Source of the DNA: Alphaproteobacteria bacterium
Lineage (GTDB): Bacteria > Pseudomonadota > Alphaproteobacteria > UBA828
Assembly: GCA_965214705.1 (NCBI GenBank)
Contig: OZ243972.1
Span: 3,616,001-3,680,000, forward strand
DNA length: 64,000 bases
Reading direction: 5' to 3'
The position numbers were made by a program, and so were the translations under genes. The notes beneath the pieces were generated by a model, which was not told where the DNA came from, searched no databases, and was given only the letters and a program-made list of their open reading frames with translations. Shown here piece by piece: positions 51,733 to 61,368 of the stretch; positions within the stretch are counted from its first letter, which is position 1, and each line of letters begins with the position of its first letter.

Positions 51733-53163
51733 ATGCGGCAGGAGTGTAGAAGTACACGCGGAATAGTATCGAAGCTTACTTTCGCAGGCCTTTCGCCCTT
51801 CAGATTCACCGGCAGATCCCGCTGGCGGACCGTCGGTCTGGTCCTCGTCTTCACGCTCTCGCTCGTGTTCGTGGTGCCGCAGGCCTACGCCGCGGTCACC
51901 GCCGAGACGCAGTTCATCCTCAACAGCTTCTCGTTCCTCATCTGGGGCGCGCTGGTGATGTGGATGTGCGCCGGCTTCACCATGCTGGAGGCCGGATCGG
52001 TCCGCACCAAGAACGCGTCGGTCATCTGTCTCAAGAATATCGGCCTCTATTCCATCGCCGGCCTCACCTACTACCTGGTCGGCTACAATCTCATGTACGT
52101 CGATGTGGTGAGCTGGGTCGGGTCGTTTGCGCTGCCCTATTCGACGACACCCGAGGAGATCGCTCTGCTCGGCGGCGACGAAGCCGCGGCCGAGGCCGTC
52201 ATAGAGGGCGGCTATTCCACGATGTCCGACTGGTTCTTCCAGATGGTGTTCGTGGCGACCACCGCCTCGATCGTCTCGGGCACCCTGGCCGAACGCGTGA
52301 AGCTCTGGTCGTTCTTCATCTTCATCGCGCTGCTGACCGCCTTCATCTATCCGGTGATCGGCTCCTGGACCTGGGGCGGCGGCTGGCTCTCCCAGATGGG
52401 GTTCCAGGACTTCGCCGGGTCCACGATCGTGCATTCGACCGGCGGCTGGGCGGCTCTCGCCGGCGCCATGATCGTCGGCGCACGAAAGGGCAAGTTCCGC
52501 GCCGATGGCAGCGTCAAGGTGACGTCGCCCTCCAACGTGCCGGCGGTGACGCTCGGGGTCTTCATCCTCTGGTTGGGCTGGTTCGGGTTCAACGGAGGCT
52601 CGCAACTCGCGCTGAGCGGGGCAATCGACGCGGTGGCGTTGAGCAACATCCTGGCAAACACCAATCTCGCGGCGGCGGCCGGTGTGCTCGCGGCGATCAC
52701 ACTCTCGCGGCCGATCATGGGTCGTGTCGACCTGATCACCAGCCTGAACGGCGCCATCGCCGGTCTGGTGGCGATCACCGCCGGACCCGACATCGTCGAT
52801 CACTACTTCGCGGTCATCATCGGTGCGATCGGCGGCGCGATCGTCGTGCTCGGCGTGAAGCTCCTCGAGATCGTCAAGGTGGACGATGTCGTCGGCGCGG
52901 TCCCGGCGCACCTCTTCGCCGGGGTGTGGGGAACACTCGCGGTCTGCATTGCGGCCGGCGGCGACCCCGGCGTGCAGATCATCGGTATCCTCGCGATCGG
53001 CGCCTTCGTCTTCGGCACCTCGTACCTGGCGTGGTTCATCCTCGACAAGTCCCCGCTCCGGGCACGGATCCCAGAGGCGCACGAGGAGCTTGGCCAGGAT
53101 GCGGCGGAGCTCGGCATTGAGTCTTACCCGGAATTCGTGCTAATGCCCGAAACAGACGACTGA
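51733..53163 (+). CDS. amt: Ammonium transporter (Amt family)
   Basis: FFQMVF, DFAGSTIVH, WFGFNGGS, DDVVGAVPAH; both pore His residues are present. Start uncertain. Confidence 0.93.
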   Translation: MRQECRSTRGIVSKLTFAGLSPFRFTGRSRWRTVGLVLVFTLSLVFVVPQAYAAVTAETQFILNSFSFLIWGALVMWMCAGFTMLEAGSVRTKNASVICLKNIGLYSIAGLTYYLVGYNLMYVDVVSWVGSFALPYSTTPEEIALLGGDEAAAEAVIEGGYSTMSDWFFQMVFVATTASIVSGTLAERVKLWSFFIFIALLTAFIYPVIGSWTWGGGWLSQMGFQDFAGSTIVHSTGGWAALAGAMIVGARKGKFRADGSVKVTSPSNVPAVTLGVFILWLGWFGFNGGSQLALSGAIDAVALSNILANTNLAAAAGVLAAITLSRPIMGRVDLITSLNGAIAGLVAITAGPDIVDHYFAVIIGAIGGAIVVLGVKLLEIVKVDDVVGAVPAHLFAGVWGTLAVCIAAGGDPGVQIIGILAIGAFVFGTSYLAWFILDKSPLRARIPEAHEELGQDAAELGIESYPEFVLMPETDD

Positions 53164-53285
53164 CGCCGTCGCGCCACGGTGTGCGGGGAGGGCCGCGGCG
53201 CTTTGGAATTCACGCGAGTTAGAGTGTGGCGCGCCCCCAAACAAGGTATATGATCGTACCAGCACGGTCTTAGGAGACGACGGCG

Positions 53286-53624
53286 ATGGAGTTGACGATC
53301 GAACGCGGCGATAACGCCCTGACCGCCAGCGTGAATGGGCGCATCGACAGCACCAATGCCCGTGATTTCGAGGAAGCGATCCGAACCAAGATCGAAGACG
53401 GCGACCGCGCCGTGATCATGGACTTCGAGAACCTCTCCTACATCAGCAGTGCGGGGCTCCGGGCCGTGCTGATGACCGCCAAGACCCTGTGGAAGCGGGA
53501 CGCCAAGTTTGCGCTTTGCTCGCTCTCGGGCCCGGTCAAGGAAGTGTTCGAGATCAGCGGCTTCGACAAGATCATCCCGATCCACGATACCCGAGAAGGG
53601 GCGCTGAGCTCACTCGACAATTAG
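53286..53624 (+). CDS. STAS-domain anti-anti-sigma factor (RsbV/SpoIIAA-like)
   Basis: GRIDS, LSYISSAGLR, VFEISGF; GGAG RBS. Confidence 0.9.
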   Translation: MELTIERGDNALTASVNGRIDSTNARDFEEAIRTKIEDGDRAVIMDFENLSYISSAGLRAVLMTAKTLWKRDAKFALCSLSGPVKEVFEISGFDKIIPIHDTREGALSSLDN

Positions 53625-54260
53625 CGCCCTCCGCAGACGGGCCATCAGCCCGTCGGCAGTTACGATACCTGAAGGAGAGATCGCCACGCCTGCGGCGCGC
53701 AGCATGCGCGCCGTCCATGTGTTGCACGTGTTGAACAGGTGGAATTCGCCGCGGGCATTGTAGAAGCGGCTGCCGGGGTAGAGACCGCGAGAGACGGACT
53801 CGGCACGGCCAGCGGCAGGGCGTTCGAACTCCGCCGCAAGCGCCTCGACCAGATTGAGGAATCCCGCCTCGGTTAGCGGCACGGCGACGACCTCGCGGCT
53901 GGTACCGCCGTCTCTCGGTGCGGCCGCGAGCCCAGCCATGTGCATGACCGCGGGCGTGGGCACAAGCGCCGCAGAGAGAGTCATGCCGATCGTCTTCTCC
54001 TTCGCCGGGTAGTAGACACGGTCCCCCCAACCGAACTCGAGGGACGAGGCGTCGGGAAAGTCCGCCACCTCCGGCAGCAGGCCGGTGGCGACGAGGTCGG
54101 GCGCGGGCACCACGATCGCCGTGTGCCAGCCGTTGCTGGCGACCTGGATGAGGCGGGTGTGCGGGGCGTCGTTGTCGGCTGGTGGGGGAGGCGCGGTCTC
54201 ACAGGTGGCAAGCCAGAGCGCGCAGAGCGCGAGCGCCGGCCCGATCAGCCAGCGCCTCAC
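53610..54260 (-). CDS. DUF2459-like lipoprotein
   Basis: LATC lipobox; GWHTAIV, FGWGD..YY, FHLFNTCNTWTA. Confidence 0.75.
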   Translation of the reverse strand: MRRWLIGPALALCALWLATCETAPPPPADNDAPHTRLIQVASNGWHTAIVVPAPDLVATGLLPEVADFPDASSLEFGWGDRVYYPAKEKTIGMTLSAALVPTPAVMHMAGLAAAPRDGGTSREVVAVPLTEAGFLNLVEALAAEFERPAAGRAESVSRGLYPGSRFYNARGEFHLFNTCNTWTARMLRAAGVAISPSGIVTADGLMARLRRALIVE

Positions 54261-54286
54261 GGTGCGCCTCCCGCCGGCGATCCCTG

Positions 54287-55330
54287 CTAAAGCAGCTCCT
54301 CGGCAAGGAAGCGGATTTCCTCACGCCCGGCACCGGCGAGCAGAAGTGCCGTCACCGAGCCCTCGGCCTCCGCCTGCTTCCATGCGGCGAGCCGCTCCCG
54401 GATGTGCGCCTTCGGTCCCACCAGGGCGATGCCGTCGGCGAATTCGTCGGGCACGGCCTCCACAGCGCCCTGCTTGTCGCCGGAAAGGAAGCGGTCCTGG
54501 ATTATTTCGGCGGCCTCACCGAAGCCCAGCCGGCGCGCGTAGTCGTTGTAGAAGTTGCGGCCCTTCGCGCCCATGCCGCCGACGTAGAGCGCGAGCGATT
54601 GCTTGACCGAGAGCAGGGCACGGGCGTGGTCCTCGTCGATCTTCACGTCGACGAAGGGGGCGATGGCGAAGCCCTCGCGCCCCTCGCCGTAGCCGCCCCG
54701 GCGGAAGCCCTCGACCAGCGGTACGCGGTAGACGTGGGCGCGCTCCGGCATCATGAAGAGCGGAAACAGGCCGTCGGTGATCTCGCCGGCCAGCCGAAGC
54801 CCCGCAGGCGAGACCGAGCCGGTGTAGATCGGCAGCGGATGGCTGGCGTGGATGATGCTCTTCAGCGGCTTGCCGAGCCCGGTGGAATCCTGGCCGCGAT
54901 AGGGCATGGCGTAATGCATGCCTTCGTGGACGACCGGCTCCTCTCGCGCGACGATGCGGCGCACGATCGAGACGTATTCCCGCAGCCGCTCGTGGGGCTT
55001 GCCGTAGGGGACTCCGTGCCAGCCCTCGATCACCTGCGGCCCCGACGGCCCGACGCCGAGGACGAAGCGGCCACCCGAGAGCGCCTGCAGGGTCATCGCG
55101 GTCATCGCGGCGCAGGCCGGTGTGCGCGCCGGCATCTGCATGAGCGCGGTGCCCACCGTCATTCGCTCGGTCTGGGCCAGAATCCAGGCGGCCGGCGTCA
55201 CCGCGTCCGAGCCGTAGGCCTCGGAGGTCCAGATCGACTGGTAGCCGAGAGTCTCCGCCTCGCGGATCAGGTCGATGTCGATGGCGAAGTCCCGGCCCGA
55301 ATAGCCGAGCACGAGCCCAAGTTGCAGCAC
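54287..55330 (-). CDS. LLM-class (F420-dependent type) oxidoreductase
   Basis: WTSEAYGSDA, ARTPACAAMTAMTL..LSGGRF.LG.GPSGPQVIEGWHG, YVGGMGAK..NFYN. Confidence 0.87.
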   Translation of the reverse strand: MLQLGLVLGYSGRDFAIDIDLIREAETLGYQSIWTSEAYGSDAVTPAAWILAQTERMTVGTALMQMPARTPACAAMTAMTLQALSGGRFVLGVGPSGPQVIEGWHGVPYGKPHERLREYVSIVRRIVAREEPVVHEGMHYAMPYRGQDSTGLGKPLKSIIHASHPLPIYTGSVSPAGLRLAGEITDGLFPLFMMPERAHVYRVPLVEGFRRGGYGEGREGFAIAPFVDVKIDEDHARALLSVKQSLALYVGGMGAKGRNFYNDYARRLGFGEAAEIIQDRFLSGDKQGAVEAVPDEFADGIALVGPKAHIRERLAAWKQAEAEGSVTALLLAGAGREEIRFLAEELL

Positions 55331-55431
55331 TTCTCTTCTCCCGTGACGCGCGGTGAGGAAGCCGCGCCGTGACTGTGGGGAGATAGGCCAGTTCTGCTAC
55401 AATGGCCAGTGAACAAAAAGGGGAGGAGACC

Positions 55432-56580
55432 ATGGGCAACATGTGGAACAGCGACCCGCGCGGCTGGCGCCTGTCACGGCGCGGATTCATGAAGGGTGCG
55501 ACCGCGCTCGCCGGCACGGCAGCGCTCTCCAGCACCTTCGCGGGCCGGAATGCCGGAGCGCAGGAAAATACGCTCACTTATCTGAGCTGGCCGGGCCATG
55601 CCGACCCGTTCATCGTCGAGCCCTTCGAGCAGGAGCACGGCGTGAAGATCGTCGGCAAGGAGTATGTCGGCGGCGAGCAGATGCTGGCGCTGGTCAACCA
55701 GTCGCCGCCCGGCACCTACGACGTCATCCTGTCCGACCGGGAGTACATCGTGCAGCTGCGCGATGCCGGCTTTATCGACAAGATGAACCCGGCCGATTAT
55801 CCGTTCGACGACTTCTGGCCCGAGTTCCAGCAGCTCGAAGGCCACTGGCTCGACGGCGACCTCTACTCGGTGATGGTGGACTTCGGCTATCTCGGCCTCG
55901 TCCACAACACCGACCACCTGAGCGAGGCCGACTGCAGCAGCTACGGCGTGATGTGGGAAGACCGGGTGAAGGGCAAGGTCGGCCACTTCGACTGGTACCT
56001 GCCGACCATGGGCTGCCTTAGCCTCTATAACGGCAACAAGGACCCGTTCAACATCGACGATGCGGCGTTCGACAAGCTGCGCGATACCACCTTCTCGCTG
56101 GCGCCGCAGCTCGCCGGCTTCTACGCCATGGCCGACGTGTTCACCTCGATGACCAACCAGGACGCCTGGGTCATGCCCGGTATCGGCGAGTGGATCTCGA
56201 TCATCCTGCATCGGGGCGGTCTGCCGATCACCACCACCATCCCGGACGAGGGCGGCATCCAGTGGACCGAGTCGTGCTCGATCGGCCTGGGGTCGGAGAA
56301 GCAGGACCTGGCTGCGAAGTTCATTCAGTACCTGGCCAGCCCCGAGGGGCAGTGGCGGATCGCCGCCAAGCCGTCCTACAACGCCTCGATCCCGAACAAG
56401 AAGGGCTGGGAGGCGCTCAACGAGAACGATCCCGAGTTGTCCGAGCTGCTGCGGCACCGGTTCGACAAGCGGAACGTCATGGACGAGTACAAGGACGGCA
56501 AGATCCAGCTTCGCAAGACGCCGGTGCAGCAGTCGATCGACGACTGGACCGAGGTCTGGAACGAGTACAAGAACATTTAG
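55432..56580 (+). CDS. PotD/PotF-like solute-binding protein with Tat signal
   Basis: LSRRGFMKG; LSWPG...PFEQEHGVKI, YDVI, PDEGGIQW, AAKFIQYL; GGAGGAG RBS. Confidence 0.87.
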   Translation: MGNMWNSDPRGWRLSRRGFMKGATALAGTAALSSTFAGRNAGAQENTLTYLSWPGHADPFIVEPFEQEHGVKIVGKEYVGGEQMLALVNQSPPGTYDVILSDREYIVQLRDAGFIDKMNPADYPFDDFWPEFQQLEGHWLDGDLYSVMVDFGYLGLVHNTDHLSEADCSSYGVMWEDRVKGKVGHFDWYLPTMGCLSLYNGNKDPFNIDDAAFDKLRDTTFSLAPQLAGFYAMADVFTSMTNQDAWVMPGIGEWISIILHRGGLPITTTIPDEGGIQWTESCSIGLGSEKQDLAAKFIQYLASPEGQWRIAAKPSYNASIPNKKGWEALNENDPELSELLRHRFDKRNVMDEYKDGKIQLRKTPVQQSIDDWTEVWNEYKNI

Positions 56581-56588
56581 CGTCAAGC

Positions 56589-56612
56589 GGGGGCCGCGGG
56601 TTTGCGGCCCCC
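56589..56612 (+). terminator. Stem-loop after the binding-protein gene (terminator or mRNA stabiliser)
   Basis: GGGGGCCGC-GGGTTT-GCGGCCCCC; weak U-tract. Confidence 0.5.
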
Positions 56613-56644
56613 TAACTTTCGGGTGCCTGTACACGACCTAATTC

Positions 56645-57541
56645 ATGGCTGTCGCCGAGACTGAAGGCGTAACGGCCTCCGCCGGCCGCAACGCCCCTCG
56701 GCCCGACGGTTACGCGCTCTTCTGGGGCCTGCCGCTCGCGCTCTGGCAGGGGATGTTCTTCCTCGCCCCTCTGGCCTTCCTCGTCGTGATGACCTTCTGG
56801 TCGGTGAAGAATTTTCGGCTCGAGCCGGACTTCGACACCGTCAACTGGGTCAAGATGTGGAGCAAGGGCTATGTCGTGGACACCTACCTGCGCACCTTGG
56901 GCTATGCCGTGCTCGCGGCCGTGGTGTGCAGCGTGCTGGCCTTCCCCGCGGCTTACGCGCTTGCCTTCAAGGTCTCGCCCGCGATCCGGCGCCTCGGAGT
57001 GTTCCTGCTCATCACGCCCTTCTTCACGAGCTACGTGGTGCGGGTCTATTCCTGGCAGGCGGTGATCTCCGACAACGGCATCCTGAACACGGTCTTTGCT
57101 TTCCTCGGCTTCGGCCCGGTGGAGATGCTGAACACGCTGTTCGGCACCGTGGTCGGCTACATGACGCTCTGCCTGCCGCTGGTGATCCTGCTCCAGCTCT
57201 TCAGCCTGGCGAACGTCGACCGCAGCCTGATCGAGGCCGCCCACAACCTCGGCTGCGGGCGGATCAGGACCATCTTCCTGGTGATCATCCCGTCCGCCAA
57301 GGTGGGCCTGATCCTGGCCGCGACCTTCACCTTCATCCTCTGCTTCGGCGACTTCGTGAGCCCGGTGAGCCTCGGTGGGAGCAAGCCGCCGACGCTCAGC
57401 ATCCTGATCGTGGACACGGTGAAGCAGGGCAATCACTGGCCGCGCGCGGCGGTGGTGGCGGTGACCATGGTGGCGACGCTCATCGTGGTCGCCTTCACAG
57501 CGCTCTACTTCGCCTACGGCCACGGGCGGGCGCGGCGATGA
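56645..57541 (+). CDS. PotB-like ABC permease
   Basis: PFFTSYVVRVYSW, SLIEAAHNLG, GDFVSPVSLGG, HWP. Confidence 0.9.
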   Translation: MAVAETEGVTASAGRNAPRPDGYALFWGLPLALWQGMFFLAPLAFLVVMTFWSVKNFRLEPDFDTVNWVKMWSKGYVVDTYLRTLGYAVLAAVVCSVLAFPAAYALAFKVSPAIRRLGVFLLITPFFTSYVVRVYSWQAVISDNGILNTVFAFLGFGPVEMLNTLFGTVVGYMTLCLPLVILLQLFSLANVDRSLIEAAHNLGCGRIRTIFLVIIPSAKVGLILAATFTFILCFGDFVSPVSLGGSKPPTLSILIVDTVKQGNHWPRAAVVAVTMVATLIVVAFTALYFAYGHGRARR

Positions 57542-58347
57542 GGCTCGACCGCATCATCCGCGGCTCCCTGCTCGGCTACGTGTTCGTGGCGCTCGGCTTC
57601 ATCTTCGTGCCGATCGTGATTAGCTTCATCTTCTCCTTCAACGAAGGGCGCTTCCCGGTCCTGCCGATCGAGACCTTCTCCACGGTCTGGTACGAGGCGA
57701 TCTGGAACGAGGCGCCGGTGCCGCGCGCCTTCCGCTTCAGCATCATCGTCGGCCTCTCGGTCGCGGCCATCTCCACCTTCATCGGCTTCGCCACGGCGTA
57801 TACCGACTTCCGCTACCGCTTCTTCGGCAAGAACGTCTACCTCGCGCTCGCCCTGCTGCCGCCGACGATTCCGGTGCTGATCCTGGGGCTTGTCATGCTG
57901 ATGTTCCTGGGACGCGTGAGCCTGGTGGGCGAGCTGCACTCGGTGATCTTCTCCCACGTGGTCTACTGCACGCCCTTCGCCATGGCGCTGATCCGGCTCA
58001 GGCTCTCGCAGATGGACCCGGACCTGGAGCGGGCCGCGTGGAACCTCGGCGCCAACAACTGGCGGGGAATGCTGTTCGTGATCCTGCCCTTCACGATGCC
58101 CTCGATCTTTGCCGCGCTCTTCCTCACGGCAGCGGTCTCGTTCGACGAGTTCATGATCGCGTTCTTCGTGGGCGGCGTAAACGAGACCCTGCCGGTGCGC
58201 GTGCTCAACATGATGCAGGGGCAGGTGAGTCCCCGGATCAACGCGGTTGGCAGCGTCGTCTTCGCGGTATCGATCACGCTCGTTATTCTGGCGCAGGTGT
58301 TCTTGTTGACCCGCCGCGGCACCGGCCGCCTCAAGGCGCCGGTGTGA
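57538..58347 (+). CDS. PotC-like ABC permease
   Basis: FSFN, FSTVWY, LERAAWNLGA, SFDEF, TLPV, PRINA. Confidence 0.9.
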   Translation: MRLDRIIRGSLLGYVFVALGFIFVPIVISFIFSFNEGRFPVLPIETFSTVWYEAIWNEAPVPRAFRFSIIVGLSVAAISTFIGFATAYTDFRYRFFGKNVYLALALLPPTIPVLILGLVMLMFLGRVSLVGELHSVIFSHVVYCTPFAMALIRLRLSQMDPDLERAAWNLGANNWRGMLFVILPFTMPSIFAALFLTAAVSFDEFMIAFFVGGVNETLPVRVLNMMQGQVSPRINAVGSVVFAVSITLVILAQVFLLTRRGTGRLKAPV

Positions 58348-58369
58348 GGGAGCGGTGTGGAGGAAAGTG

Positions 58370-58612
58370 ATGTTTGTGACAATGGCATCGAAATACTTGG
58401 TCGCCTTGGCTGCTCGCGTGCTGAAGGCGTTGAAACTCAAGTCCGGCGAACAGCTCGAACTGCTGGAAGACTCGGACGCCTTTTTGTTGCCGTCTCGGCG
58501 TATCGACCCAACTCGCCTCGCGCCGCTGCGCGATAAGCTTCGGCGTGGACGAGGCACGTTCAACTTAGCGCGCATCCGTGAGCAGGCCCATGAGCCGTCG
58601 CTTCGGGATTGA
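58370..58612 (+). CDS. AbrB/MazE/SpoVT-like antitoxin, probably degenerate
   Basis: MFVTMASKYLVALAARVLKALKLKSGEQLEL matches the xTxTSKxQVTxPxxVxxxLxLxxGDxL pattern with substitutions; GGAGGA RBS; atypical codon usage. Confidence 0.6.
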   Translation: MFVTMASKYLVALAARVLKALKLKSGEQLELLEDSDAFLLPSRRIDPTRLAPLRDKLRRGRGTFNLARIREQAHEPSLRD

Positions 58613-58676
58613 TGTTTCGACGGTCGCGCAAGCCGGCGGCGCCCGCTCAATTAGCCACCGCACGGCGTTGGTTTAG
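58590..58676 (+). pseudogene. Truncated PIN/VapC-like toxin remnant
   Basis: Overlaps the antitoxin 3' end; MSRRFGIDVS resembles the PIN first strand (xxIDT(S/N)); stops after 28 codons. Confidence 0.4.
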
Positions 58677-58690
58677 CCGAGGCACGCGCG

Positions 58691-59776
58691 ATGGCTGAAC
58701 CCCTGCTGGAGCTCGATGGCCTGACCAAGCGCTTCGGCGAGCACGAGGCCGTGAGCGGCATCGATCTGGAGATCGCCGAAGGCGAGTTCGTCGCGCTCAT
58801 GGGGCCGTCCGGCTGCGGCAAGACCACGACGCTGCGCATGATCGCGGGTCTTGAAGAACCGACGAGTGGCGAGGTGCGGCTCGACGGGGAGCGGGTCAAC
58901 GAGCGCAAGCCCTGGGAGCGCGACACGCCCATGGTGTGGCAGAGCCTCGCGCTCTTCCCCTATCTCAGCGTGCGTGGGAACGTGGAGTTCGGCCTCAAGA
59001 TGCGCAGCATACCGGCCAGGGAAGGCCGCGCGCGAGCGCTCAAATGGCTGGAGCAGGTGGGCATCGCCGATTACGCGAACCGCAACATCGCGCAGCTCTC
59101 CGGCGGCGAGCGGCAGCGGGTGGCGCTCGCCCGCGCGCTGGTGACCGAGCCGCGCATCCTGCTGCTCGACGAGCCGCTGAGCGCGTTGGACGCCCATCTC
59201 AGGGTGCGCATGCAGGCGGAGATCACCGAGCTTCAGCGCCGGCTCGGCATCACGTTCGTCTACGTGACCCACAACCAGTCCGAAGCCTTCGCCATGGCGA
59301 GCCGCGTCGTCATCATGGACGCGGGCCGCATCCAGCAGATCGGTGCGCCGCGCGAGGTCTACCGCGCTCCAGCCAACCGCTTCGTCGCCGAGTTCGTCGG
59401 CACCAACAACATCATCGAGGGGCGCGTGCGGACGGCCGAGGGCGGGCGCATCGGCGTGGAGTCGGTCCACGGTGACATCCAGGCCGCCGTGCCGTCGGCG
59501 CGTGCGCCGGCGGTGGGCGATTCGGTCAACTTGGTGGTGAGCGGCGACCGGGTCGCGCTAAACGCAGAGGCGGAGGCGCATAACAACGCCGTCACCGGCA
59601 CCGTAATCAGCGAGGAGTTCATCGGCTCGGTGGTGACGCTGCATCTCGATGTCGGCGGCGGCGCGGTGTTCCGCGTCCAGAAGCAGGCGCACGAGCTCGA
59701 CACGGTCGACATCACGCCGGGCCAGACGTTTCGTGCGTCCTGGCGGGCGGAGGACACCTATGTGCTGCCGGCGTGA
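58691..59776 (+). CDS. PotA-like ABC ATPase
   Basis: GPSGCGKTT, LSGGERQRVALAR, LLDEPLSALD, YVTHNQ, FVAEFVG; TOBE domain. Confidence 0.93.
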   Translation: MAEPLLELDGLTKRFGEHEAVSGIDLEIAEGEFVALMGPSGCGKTTTLRMIAGLEEPTSGEVRLDGERVNERKPWERDTPMVWQSLALFPYLSVRGNVEFGLKMRSIPAREGRARALKWLEQVGIADYANRNIAQLSGGERQRVALARALVTEPRILLLDEPLSALDAHLRVRMQAEITELQRRLGITFVYVTHNQSEAFAMASRVVIMDAGRIQQIGAPREVYRAPANRFVAEFVGTNNIIEGRVRTAEGGRIGVESVHGDIQAAVPSARAPAVGDSVNLVVSGDRVALNAEAEAHNNAVTGTVISEEFIGSVVTLHLDVGGGAVFRVQKQAHELDTVDITPGQTFRASWRAEDTYVLPA

Positions 59777-59809
59777 CCGGGCGGCGTCCGAAACGGGGGA
59801 GAGGAGTGC

Positions 59810-61336
59810 ATGTCGATACTAATTGAGGGGGCTACCATCGTCTCGATGGACCCGGAGCACGGAAGCGAGCCGTTCCAGGGCAACATTCTGATCGAGGGCG
59901 AGCGCATCGCCGCCATCGGCGAGACCGCGCCCGACGTCGAGGCCGACCGGGTGACTTCCGGCCAGGGCAAGCTGGTAATTCCGGGCCTCATCAACGGCCA
60001 CATCCACACGCCGGAGGCCTTCGCCAAGGGGCGCTACGACAACATGCCGCTGGAGCTCTGGATGACGCTCGCCTACGGCATCCTGGGCGCGGCCGAGCTT
60101 ACGCCGCGCATGATCTACCTGCGCTCCGCGCTCTGCGCCATGGATGCGATCAAGACGGGCGTGACCTTCTTCTCCGACGACATTCTCGAATTCCCGCTGC
60201 AGTCCATGGAGACCATCGGCGCGGTGTTTCAGGCCTACGAGGACGTGGGCTTGCGCGCTTCCATCTCGGGCCACGTGATCAACCGCAAGTTGCCCGACAC
60301 CATCGTCTACCTGAACGACCTTCTGCCGGGCGATCTCAAGGACGAGATCGACGAGATGGTGCCGCCGACGGCGGACGAGTTCACCGCCTTCTGCGAGGAG
60401 GCGCTCGGCCTCTATCACAACCGCGCCGGCAGGCTCCGCTTCATGCCGGCGCCCTCCGGCCCCCAGCGCTGCACCGAGCCCCTGATGCACGCGGCCGACG
60501 AGTTCGCCCGCGCCAATGGGCTGCCCTTTCACACCCACATCCTCGAATCGAAGGTGCAGGCGGTCACCGGCCGCGAGCTCTACGGCAAGACCCTGATCCA
60601 GTACATGCACGACCTCGGCCTGCTCACCCGCAACACGACCATCGCGCACGGCATCTGGCTCACGGACGACGACATCGCGCTGATGGGCGAGGCGCGCTGC
60701 TCAGTGGTCCACAACGCGCTCTCCAACCTCAAGCTCGGCTCGGGCATCTGCGCGGTGCGCCGGCTGCTCGATGCGGGCGTCAATCTCGCGTTGGGCTCCG
60801 ACGGGTTATCCACCAGCGACACGCCGCGCATGTTCAGCGTGATGCAGTGCGCGGGCCTGATGCACAACATCTCCTCGCCCGACAACGCGTACTGGCTCGA
60901 CGCCCACGAGGTGCTGCACGCGGCGACCCTCGGCGGGGCCTACAGCGTGCTCTTGGAGGACGAGATCGGCTCCCTGGAGCCCGGCAAGCGCGCCGACCTG
61001 TCAATCCTCGACATGCGGACGGCCAACTTCACGCCGCTCAACGACGTGCGCAACCATCTGGTCTATTGCGAGAACGGCTCCTCGGTGGAGACGGTGATCG
61101 TCAATGGCGAGATCATGGTGGAAGACGGCGAACTCACGCGGGTCGACGAAGCGGCGCTGATGGACGAGCTGCGCGACATGATGCCGGCCATCCAGGCCGA
61201 CCAGGAGCGGCTGGAGGCCAAGAACAAGGCGTTCATCCCGCCGCTCGCCGAGGTCTGGCGCCGCTGCGCCGAGACCGATATCGGCATCAACCGCTGGGGC
61301 AGCGACAATCAGCCGCGCTGGCCGACCAACCGCTAG
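59810..61336 (+). CDS. Metal-dependent amidohydrolase/deaminase (AtzA/TriA/SsnA-like)
   Basis: PGLINGHIH, HTHILES, AHGIW, SNLKLGSG, LGSDG, ATLGGA, GSLEPGKRADL. Confidence 0.88.
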   Translation: MSILIEGATIVSMDPEHGSEPFQGNILIEGERIAAIGETAPDVEADRVTSGQGKLVIPGLINGHIHTPEAFAKGRYDNMPLELWMTLAYGILGAAELTPRMIYLRSALCAMDAIKTGVTFFSDDILEFPLQSMETIGAVFQAYEDVGLRASISGHVINRKLPDTIVYLNDLLPGDLKDEIDEMVPPTADEFTAFCEEALGLYHNRAGRLRFMPAPSGPQRCTEPLMHAADEFARANGLPFHTHILESKVQAVTGRELYGKTLIQYMHDLGLLTRNTTIAHGIWLTDDDIALMGEARCSVVHNALSNLKLGSGICAVRRLLDAGVNLALGSDGLSTSDTPRMFSVMQCAGLMHNISSPDNAYWLDAHEVLHAATLGGAYSVLLEDEIGSLEPGKRADLSILDMRTANFTPLNDVRNHLVYCENGSSVETVIVNGEIMVEDGELTRVDEAALMDELRDMMPAIQADQERLEAKNKAFIPPLAEVWRRCAETDIGINRWGSDNQPRWPTNR

Positions 61337-61368
61337 AGGCACCGGCCGAGCGCGAAGAGGAGGCCGCC

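Noticed and set aside
55331-55431. Guanidine riboswitch upstream of the guanidino cluster
   Set aside because: No twin ACGR-loop hairpins and no ykkC-I or ykkC-III consensus recognisable by eye.
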